DNA of 43,983 bases, taken from NCBI GenBank assembly GCA_963727505.1, contig CAVSGP010000003.1:1-43983 (forward strand), in the 5' to 3' direction. The notes under the pieces are model-generated. The model was not told the origin of the DNA and did no database searches. It saw only the letters and a list, made by a program, of their open reading frames with translations. Position 1 is the first letter of the stretch. Each line of letters starts with the position of its first letter. The DNA is from an uncultured Trueperaceae bacterium (lineage in GTDB: Bacteria; Deinococcota; Deinococci; Deinococcales; Trueperaceae). The translations under genes were made by a program, and so were the position numbers. This document shows, piece after piece, positions 37,200 through 43,983 of the stretch.

Positions 37200-37242
37200 C
37201 CGGCGTGCGCCTCAGCCGGGGGCACGAGGTGCTGGCCCGCCT

Positions 37243-37278
37243 TCAGGCGCGCCTGCGCTAGTCAGGCGCGCCTGCGCT
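37243..37278. repeat. 17-nt direct repeat (19-bp period) duplicating the mutM stop region
   Basis: TCAGGCGCGCCTGCGCT at 37243 and 37262. Confidence 0.85.
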
Positions 37279-38083
37279 GGCAGCGCGCGCAGTAGACCGT
37301 GCCCCGCTGCCCCACCACGGTCCGGCGCAGTGGGGCGCCGCAACGCGGGCAGGGCTCCTCGGCATGGCCGTAGGCGGCGAGCTGCTCGAGGTACGCGCCG
37401 ACCTCTCCGTTGACGGTGCGGTAGTCGTTGAGGGTGGTGCCCTGTGCCTCCAGGCTGGCGGCCAGCACCTCGCGGATGGCGTGGTGCAGGAGCGCCGCCT
37501 TCGCCGCCGAGACCCGCCGCGCGGGTGTCTCCGGGTGCACGCGGGCGCGCCAGAGCGCCTCGTCGGCGTAGATGTTGCCGACCCCGGCCACGGGCCGCTG
37601 GCTGAGAAGGTAGGTCTTCACGGCTGCACCCGAGCGCCCGAGCGAGCGCCGGAAGCCGGCCACCGTGAACGCCTCGGACAGCGGCTCCGGGCCCATCGCC
37701 GCCAGCGTAGGCAGGCCCCGGTAGTCGCCCGCGGGCACCACCAGCAACCGTCCGAAGCGGCGCGCGTCGCGGAAGTAGAGGGTCTGCGGCGCACCGCCCG
37801 ACAGGCGCAATCGCACCCGCAGGTGCGCGATGTTCGGTGGCGGCTCGTGCGACACGACGCCGGTCATGCCCAGGTGGAGGATCAGCTCGTCGCCGCCCGA
37901 GAGCGGCATCACCAGGAACTTGCCGCGCCGTTCGACGGCGCAGACCGACTGGCCCACGGCGCGCGGTAGGTCCCGGTACTTGGGTCCGGCCGGCGCCAGC
38001 CGCTCGACCCGCACGACGGCGCGACCCGTGAGCCAGGGGGCCAGCTCGCGACGCACGGTCTCAACCTCGGGAAGCTCGGGCAC
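37262..38083 (-). CDS. mutM: Formamidopyrimidine-DNA glycosylase / AP lyase
   Basis: PELPEVET N-terminus, RRGKF, HLGMTG, GVGNIYADE, CPRC...CARCQ zinc finger. Confidence 0.97.
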   Translation of the reverse strand: MPELPEVETVRRELAPWLTGRAVVRVERLAPAGPKYRDLPRAVGQSVCAVERRGKFLVMPLSGGDELILHLGMTGVVSHEPPPNIAHLRVRLRLSGGAPQTLYFRDARRFGRLLVVPAGDYRGLPTLAAMGPEPLSEAFTVAGFRRSLGRSGAAVKTYLLSQRPVAGVGNIYADEALWRARVHPETPARRVSAAKAALLHHAIREVLAASLEAQGTTLNDYRTVNGEVGAYLEQLAAYGHAEEPCPRCGAPLRRTVVGQRGTVYCARCQRRRA

Positions 38084-38124
38084 AGTTGCGATTCGCTCGC
38101 GTTTCGCACGCGTGAACGGCGCGC

Positions 38125-38826
38125 TCAGGCCGGACGCGGGTAGGTGATGGCTCCCTCGTACAGGGCGCGGCCCACGATGGCGCCGTCCAGCCCGAGGCGC
38201 TCGTACAGCTCCAGGTCGATGTCGGCGCCCACCCCACCGCCGGCGACCAGCCGGTGCGGGAACGCGGCGCGCATGCGCGCCACCGGTTCCTCATCCACGC
38301 CGCGCAGGGTGCCGTCGCGGCTGATGTCGGTGTAGATCATGTGGCGCACGCCCTGGTCCGCCACCCGCCGCGCCAGCTCGGCGGCGTCGACGTCGGTGAC
38401 CTCGGCCCAGCCGCGCACGGCCACCCGCCCGTCACGGGCATCGATGGAGACCACCACCCGGTCGGGCCCGAACTCGGCCACCAACGCGTCGACCACTTCC
38501 GGCTCGTGGATGGCGACGGTGCCGAGCACCACCCGGTCGACGTGCTCGAGCCACGCGGTCGCGGCCTCCACGCTGCGCACGCCCCCGCCGAGCTCGAGGT
38601 GCGTCCCGATCTCGGAGGCCATGCTCCGGATCAAGGCGCCGTTGTCGCTCCGGCCCAGCGCCGCATCGAGGTCGACGACGTGCAGCCAGGCCGCCCCCAG
38701 CCCCGCCCAGTGCCGCGCCGCCTCCAGCGGAGACTCGAAGTAGACGGTCTCGCGCTCCGGATCGCCCTCGTAGAGCCGCACGGCCCGCCCTTGTTGGATG
38801 TCCACAGCCGGGATCACGTCGAACAT
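38125..38826 (-). CDS. hisA: ProFAR isomerase
   Basis: VIPAVDIQQGRAVRL, LHVVDLD, LGGGVRS, VSIDAR, YTDISRDGTL, AIVGRALYEG. Confidence 0.95.
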   Translation of the reverse strand: MFDVIPAVDIQQGRAVRLYEGDPERETVYFESPLEAARHWAGLGAAWLHVVDLDAALGRSDNGALIRSMASEIGTHLELGGGVRSVEAATAWLEHVDRVVLGTVAIHEPEVVDALVAEFGPDRVVVSIDARDGRVAVRGWAEVTDVDAAELARRVADQGVRHMIYTDISRDGTLRGVDEEPVARMRAAFPHRLVAGGGVGADIDLELYERLGLDGAIVGRALYEGAITYPRPA

Positions 38827-38939
38827 GGCACCGCGAGCATAGCGCGGGCAGGCGCCCTCGGGCGTCCGACATCGCGATCGGGCCCGCTGATGGAAGGCGC
38901 GACTGACGGCGCGCGTCGGACGGCCCGTCAGACCGCGCG

Positions 38940-40022
38940 TCAGACGTCGAGGTCGACGAAGGCGTCGAGCCGGTCCCGGGCGCGCTGACGCTCGGCCTCG
39001 CCGGAAGCGCGCTCGATCGCCTCCTCCAGCAGCCGCACGTACAGCTCCTCGAACCTGGCACGCTCGTGTTCGGACCACGGGGAGTCGAAGCCCGCCAGGA
39101 AGTCGCCGGCGTAGAGGCGCAGCGCCCGCTCGACGGCCGCCTCACCGTTGCCCTGCAGGGCGGCCTCGGCCGCGCGCTCGAAGTCCTCGGCGTCCCAGCG
39201 CACCTTGTCGTCGAGCTGCAGCTCGAGCCGGTCGTCTTCCAGCGTGAGCGTGCCCACGCCACCGAGCATCTTTCGCAGCCGACTGACCAGCACGTGCAGG
39301 TGGTTGTCCGCCGCCTGCCCCCACCACAGCTCCGCACGCACCCCGTGCACCGAGCACCCCTTGCCGCTCGCCAGCAGGAACAGCAGCAGCTCGACCGCCT
39401 TGCGCGCCTCCCAGTGGAGCCGCTGCCCGCCGTAGCTGACGCCGAGCCCGCCGAGGCTGGTGACGACCAGCGCGTCGTCGCCGGCGCCGCGCAGCACTCC
39501 GGCGCGCTCCAGGCGCACCCGCACCGCCTCGCGCAGCTCGGCCGGCGTGAAGGGCTTGGTGAGGTAGTCGTCGGCCCCCTGCGCCATGCCGCGACGGATG
39601 TGGTCGCGGTCGCTCATGGAGGTCAGGTAGACGAAGGGGACGCTGCGCAGCGGCGCCAGCTCGCGCACCGCTTCGTGCAGCTCGAAGCCGGTCATGCCGG
39701 GCATGATGACGTCGCTGACGATGAGGTCGGGACGGAGCCCACCCTTGAGCGCCTCCAGCGCGAGTTGCGGCCGGTCGAAGGCGACCACGCCGTAGCTCGA
39801 CAGCACCGAGGTGACGAGGGCCAGGACCGACGCGTCGTCGTCCACGACGGCCAGCTTCACGTCCTGGGCGTCGCGGAGCGGAGCGTCGCCTCGAGCGGCG
39901 CCCTCGCGGGCCGCGTCCTTGGGGGCGGCGTCCTTGGGGGCGGCGTCCTCGGGGGCGGCGTCCTCGGGGGCGGCGTCCTTGGGGGCGGCGTCCTTGCGAG
40001 CGGCATCGGCCTGCTCAGGCAT
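38940..40022 (-). CDS. Response regulator (REC + SARP-type wHTH/BTAD-like output)
   Basis: VVDDD, SDVIMPGMTG, YLTKPF; HVLVSRLRK, LRLYAGDFL..FDSPW; N-terminal DAAP(K/E) repeats. Confidence 0.85.
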   Translation of the reverse strand: MPEQADAARKDAAPKDAAPEDAAPEDAAPKDAAPKDAAREGAARGDAPLRDAQDVKLAVVDDDASVLALVTSVLSSYGVVAFDRPQLALEALKGGLRPDLIVSDVIMPGMTGFELHEAVRELAPLRSVPFVYLTSMSDRDHIRRGMAQGADDYLTKPFTPAELREAVRVRLERAGVLRGAGDDALVVTSLGGLGVSYGGQRLHWEARKAVELLLFLLASGKGCSVHGVRAELWWGQAADNHLHVLVSRLRKMLGGVGTLTLEDDRLELQLDDKVRWDAEDFERAAEAALQGNGEAAVERALRLYAGDFLAGFDSPWSEHERARFEELYVRLLEEAIERASGEAERQRARDRLDAFVDLDV

Positions 40023-40224
40023 GCGCGCCCTCCTCGACCTGGGGTCCCGAGACACGAGCTTCCGAGATATGAAGGTCCGAGATATGAGGTTCCGGTTGGG
40101 GCGAGCCGAGCATACACGTCGATGATAGGTGGAATCCTGCCGGGGAGCGATAAATCTTCACACGTTCGGTCCCCGGGGGCGGGCTCCAGGCAAGGGCGCG
40201 GCCGGGCCAGGGTCGCCGGCCGCC

Positions 40225-40252
40225 TTGACAGGCTATGAGCGTCACCTATACT
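40225..40252 (+). promoter_or_regulatory. Near-consensus sigma70 promoter TTGACA-N16-TATACT, leaderless for yceD
   Basis: -35 at 40225-40230, -10 at 40247-40252, ATG 8 nt downstream. Confidence 0.85.
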
Positions 40253-40260
40253 TTTAAGGG

Positions 40261-40836
40261 ATGGTTTCTCGCCGGGACGCTCTACTCAACCTGGCCCCCC
40301 TCCTCAACCGCGCCCCCGGATCCGCCGATGAGGTGGTGGGGACCGGTCTGCTGGAGCCCGAGCCCGAGCTGCTCGAGGCCGATGGCCTGGTGCTCGAGCG
40401 GCCGCTGGAGTGGGAGGTCACGGTCCGCAACACCGGCGGGGATGACGACTTCATCGTCGATGGCCGGGTGAGCGGACGTGCGGTGCAGGAGTGCCGGCGC
40501 TGCCTAACCGAGGTCGTGACCGAGGCGCGGGCGACGTTCGTGATGCCCATGCTCTACCTGGCGAGCGAGGAAAGTCTGCGGCTCGACGAGGTCAGCGACG
40601 ACAACGAGGAACGCCTCGTCTTCGGCCGGCCCGAGGTGGACTTCGCGCCGCTCCTGGCGCAACTGTTCGCCATCGAGCTGCCGCTGACCGCGCTCTGCCG
40701 TGAGGATTGCAAGGGGTTGTCGCTCGACGGCGTCAACCTGAACGAACACCCTGAGCTCGAGGAGGAAGACCGCGTCCGTCGCGACACCGCCTCCCCGTTC
40801 GAAGCCTTGAAGGACATCGACCTGACGTCGCAGTGA
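40261..40836 (+). CDS. yceD: YceD/DUF177 family protein
   Basis: ECRRCL, LCREDCKGL, SPFEALK; conserved position upstream of rpmF. Confidence 0.9.
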   Translation: MVSRRDALLNLAPLLNRAPGSADEVVGTGLLEPEPELLEADGLVLERPLEWEVTVRNTGGDDDFIVDGRVSGRAVQECRRCLTEVVTEARATFVMPMLYLASEESLRLDEVSDDNEERLVFGRPEVDFAPLLAQLFAIELPLTALCREDCKGLSLDGVNLNEHPELEEEDRVRRDTASPFEALKDIDLTSQ

Positions 40837-40873
40837 AGCGGCGTCACGACCGACGAAGGAGTGAGTCTGCACC

Positions 40874-41059
40874 ATGGCCAAACACCCCGTACCCAAGAAG
40901 CGCACGTCCGCCTCGAGGCGCGACCAGCGCCGTAGCCACCACGCGCTCACCGCGCCCAACCTGGTCGAGTGCCCGGAGTGCAAGGCGATGAAGCCGCAGC
41001 ATGTGGTATGTCCGGAGTGCGGAAGCTACGCCGGGCGGCAAGTGGTCGAGGAGGCCTGA
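40874..41059 (+). CDS. rpmF: 50S ribosomal protein L32 (zinc-ribbon form)
   Basis: MAKHPVPKKRTS, RRSHH, CPEC...CPECG. Confidence 0.96.
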   Translation: MAKHPVPKKRTSASRRDQRRSHHALTAPNLVECPECKAMKPQHVVCPECGSYAGRQVVEEA

Positions 41060-41154
41060 GGGCCTTCCCTTCGTCGACGCTTGGCCGATCGCTGACCTCG
41101 CCCACCGGGCGCTGAAGCCCCCGCGTGCGGCGACGGGGACGGAGTTCGTGTGGC

Positions 41155-42150
41155 GTGAATCAGAGCGGTAGCAAACGTGCCGGTGTCACGGCGCTGGGCG
41201 CCTACGCGCCGGAGCGCATCCTGACCAATCAGGACCTCGAGGCGATGATGGACACCTCGGACGAGTGGATCACCACCCGGACCGGGATCAAGCGCCGTCA
41301 CATCGCCGCGGAGGACGAATTCACGTCGAGTCTGGCCTTCAGCGCCGTCGAGGACCTCCTGGCCCGCCACGGCGACGACGCCCTGGCTGGCGTCGACATG
41401 GTGATCGTGGCGACCAACACGCCCGACGCCTTGTTCCCGTCCACGGCGGCGATGGTGCAGAACCGTTTCGGCCTCGCCGCCGGAGGCTTCGACATCCTGG
41501 CGGGCTGCCCCGGTTGGCTCTACGCGCTGGGGATGGCCAAGTCGCTGGTCGAGTCCGGGCAGTGCCGCCGGGTGCTGGCGATCGGGGCCGAGGCCCTCAC
41601 CAAGATCACCAACTGGGACGACCGTTCCACCGCGGTGCTGTTCGGCGACGGCGCCGGCGCGTTGGTGGTCGAGGCGGTCGAGGAGCCCTTCGGCCTGCGC
41701 TCGGTGGTCCTGGGCGCCGACGGCTCGGGGGCGCATCACCTGCACAAGCGCTCGGTCGCCCGCTGTCTGCCCAACGGTGACCCGCTCTCCGAGACGCTCT
41801 CCATGAACGGCCGCGAGGTCTTCAAGTTCGCCGTCCGGGTCATGAACACCGCCACCATCGAGGCGGTCGAGAAGGCCGGGCTGCACATCGACGACATCAG
41901 CCTGTTCGTGCCGCACCAGGCGAACCTGCGCATCATCGAGGCCGCCCGCGAGCGGCTCGAGCTGCCGCGCGAACGCGTGGTGGTGACGGTCGACGAGTAC
42001 GGCAACAACTCCACGGCCAGCATCCCGCTGGCGCTGCGCACCGCGCTCGACGACGGCCGCATCGAGCCCGGCGACAACCTGCTGCTCGTCAGCTTCGGCG
42101 CCGGCCTCACCTGGGCCGCCGCCGTCCTGACCTGGGGGGGCGGGGCGTGA
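41155..42150 (+). CDS. fabH: Beta-ketoacyl-ACP synthase III
   Basis: DTSDEWI, AGC, LFGDGAGA, MNGREVFKFAV, PHQAN, YGN (Cys-His-Asn triad). Confidence 0.96.
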   Translation: MNQSGSKRAGVTALGAYAPERILTNQDLEAMMDTSDEWITTRTGIKRRHIAAEDEFTSSLAFSAVEDLLARHGDDALAGVDMVIVATNTPDALFPSTAAMVQNRFGLAAGGFDILAGCPGWLYALGMAKSLVESGQCRRVLAIGAEALTKITNWDDRSTAVLFGDGAGALVVEAVEEPFGLRSVVLGADGSGAHHLHKRSVARCLPNGDPLSETLSMNGREVFKFAVRVMNTATIEAVEKAGLHIDDISLFVPHQANLRIIEAARERLELPRERVVVTVDEYGNNSTASIPLALRTALDDGRIEPGDNLLLVSFGAGLTWAAAVLTWGGGA

Positions 42151-43088
42151 GCGCGGCGCGGGCCACCGACGCCAGACTCGCCGTCGTCTTCCCCGGCCAG
42201 GGCTCGCAGGCCGTCGGCATGGCGAGGAGCTTCTACGACCACAGCGCCGCCGCCCGCAAGGTGCTCGACGAGGCCGAGGCGGCCCTCCCGGGCCTGCTGG
42301 AGCTGATGTGGGAGGGCCCGGCCGAGGCGCTGCGGCTCACCGCCAACCAGCAGCCCGCGCTGGTCGCCGCCGGCGCCGCCGCCTTCGCGGCCTGGCGCGA
42401 GGCGGGCGGACCCGAGCCGCGCTACGCCGCCGGGCACAGCCTGGGCGAGTACACGGCGCACGTCGCCGCAGGCTCCCTCAGCGTGGCCGAAGCGGTCAAG
42501 CTGGTGCGCGCCCGCGGCACCTACATGCAGGAGGCGGTGCCCGCGGGGGAAGGCGCCATGGCGGCGGTCATGAAGCTCGACGCCGCCGCCATCCGCAACG
42601 CCTGCAAGCACGTCGACGGGGTGGCGGAGGTGGCGAACCTCAACGCCCCCGGTCAGACCGTCATCTCCGGGGAGGCCGCAGCCGTGGCCGCCGCCGCCGA
42701 GCGCCTCAAGGCCGACGGCGGGCGGGTGGTGCCGCTCAAGGTGTCCGCTCCCTTCCACTGCAGCCTGATGCAGCCCGCGGCCGACCGGCTGGCGAAGGAC
42801 CTGGGGCGCGTGCGCTTCAAGGAGCCGGGCTTCGGCATCGTCTGCAACGTGACGGCCGACCTGCTGCCCAAGGCGGCGGACGCGCCCGACCTGCTCACCC
42901 GGCAGGTCACCTCGCCGGTGCGGTGGGTGGAGTCGGTCAAGCACCTTCGCGCGCTGGGCGCGCAACGCTTCGTGGAGCTGGGCGCCGGCAAGGTGCTCAC
43001 CGGACTCGTCCTTCGCATCCTCGACGGCGTCGACGCCGTGAGCGTGCCCGACATGGACGCGCTGCGCGCGGCGCTGGAGACGGCGTGA
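42147..43088 (+). CDS. fabD: Malonyl-CoA:ACP transacylase
   Basis: FPGQGSQ, GHSLGEY, VSAPFHC, PVRW. Confidence 0.96.
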   Translation: MSAARATDARLAVVFPGQGSQAVGMARSFYDHSAAARKVLDEAEAALPGLLELMWEGPAEALRLTANQQPALVAAGAAAFAAWREAGGPEPRYAAGHSLGEYTAHVAAGSLSVAEAVKLVRARGTYMQEAVPAGEGAMAAVMKLDAAAIRNACKHVDGVAEVANLNAPGQTVISGEAAAVAAAAERLKADGGRVVPLKVSAPFHCSLMQPAADRLAKDLGRVRFKEPGFGIVCNVTADLLPKAADAPDLLTRQVTSPVRWVESVKHLRALGAQRFVELGAGKVLTGLVLRILDGVDAVSVPDMDALRAALETA

Positions 43089-43843
43089 GCGGCGCGCCGG
43101 AGAAGACCGTGCGCAATGCGCTGGTCACGGGCTCGAGCCGCGGCCTGGGCCGCGCCATCGCGATCGAGCTGGGCCGTCGCGGCTACCGCGTGGCGGTGCA
43201 CTACGTCCGCGGCGAGGCGCCGGCGCACGAGGTCGCCGACGCGATCCGCCAGGCCGGCGGGGTGGCCGAGGTGTTCGGCGCCGACGTCGCCGACCCGGCG
43301 GCCTGTCAGCAGCTGGTGAAGGACGTGACGCAGACCCTGGGCGGACTCGAGGTGCTGGTGAACAACGCCGGCATCACCCGCGACACGCTGGCGCTACGCA
43401 TGAAACCCGACGACTGGCAGAGCGTGCTCGACACCAACCTGTCCGGCGCGTTCCACCTCTCCAAGGCCGCGCTGCGAGGCATGTTGCGCAGCGAGCACGG
43501 CCGCGTCGTCAACATCGCGTCGATCGTGGGCATCCGGGGCAACGTCGGGCAGGCCAACTACGTCGCCGCCAAGGCGGGTCTGATCGGCCTCACCAAAGCG
43601 CTGGCGCGCGAGTACGGATCGCGCGGCGTGACCGTCAACGCCGTCGCGCCCGGTTTCATCGAGTCGGACATGACGGCCGCACTGACGGAAGAGCTCAGGC
43701 AGGCGTACCTGAAGGAGATCCCTGCAGGACGCTTCGGACGGCCCGAGGACGTGGCCGCCGCGGTGGCGTTCCTCGCCAGCGAGGAGGCCGCCTACATCAA
43801 CGGGCAGACGCTGCCGGTTGACGGTGGCATGGTCATGCCGTAA
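43085..43843 (+). CDS. fabG: 3-oxoacyl-ACP reductase
   Basis: TGSSRGLG, NNAGITRD, GQANYVAAK, VAPGFIESDMT, VDGGM; GTGA overlap with fabD. Confidence 0.96.
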   Translation: MSGAPEKTVRNALVTGSSRGLGRAIAIELGRRGYRVAVHYVRGEAPAHEVADAIRQAGGVAEVFGADVADPAACQQLVKDVTQTLGGLEVLVNNAGITRDTLALRMKPDDWQSVLDTNLSGAFHLSKAALRGMLRSEHGRVVNIASIVGIRGNVGQANYVAAKAGLIGLTKALAREYGSRGVTVNAVAPGFIESDMTAALTEELRQAYLKEIPAGRFGRPEDVAAAVAFLASEEAAYINGQTLPVDGGMVMP

Positions 43844-43983
43844 TGTTTTCGGGGCTCCGGACCGGTGCCGGCAGCTGCGCCTGAAGCGCGCGGCGCCGTA
43901 CCCTCGGCCGGGAAAGCCCGATGGACCGCGTGTCGGAGTGCCGGGAACCGCCCCGCAACAGTCGCCGTGAAGCAGCCTCGACG

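Overview
A very GC-rich (about 72% by eye) chromosomal segment, most likely from a Deinococcota bacterium (Trueperaceae-like). That assignment is inferred from a DdrH-like protein, the rpmF-fabH-fabD-fabG layout without plsX, a fused PxpB-PxpC, and many TANNNT boxes directly before start codons. It holds about 42 real CDSs among many GC shadow ORFs, and no tRNA, rRNA, CRISPR or transposase was seen. Housekeeping genes: pxpA/pxpBC, mgsA, ppk1, 5-formyl-THF cyclo-ligase, mutM, hisA, yceD-rpmF-fabH-fabD-fabG. There are two accessory catabolic clusters: (i) amidohydrolase + divergent ArgH-like lyase + sugar-type ABC transporter + HAD, and (ii) PucR regulator, GabT, YodT-like aminotransferase, polar ABC transporter, amidase, YodS/YodR-like CoA-transferase and YodQ-like deacylase. 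Best leads: (1) an unannotated, highly structured ~225-nt RNA at 34040-34266 (-) with a candidate -10 box and terminator and a 6S/Ms1-like rod architecture; (2) cluster (ii) as a possible uptake and catabolic route for N6-acetyl-beta-lysine, with a PucR-type operator inside the regulator's last codons; (3) a lipoprotein with a thioester-domain-like Cys/Gln motif set; (4) a window-wide signature of unrelated 12-15-nt tandem duplications. All family calls come from motif recognition and memory; no searches were run.
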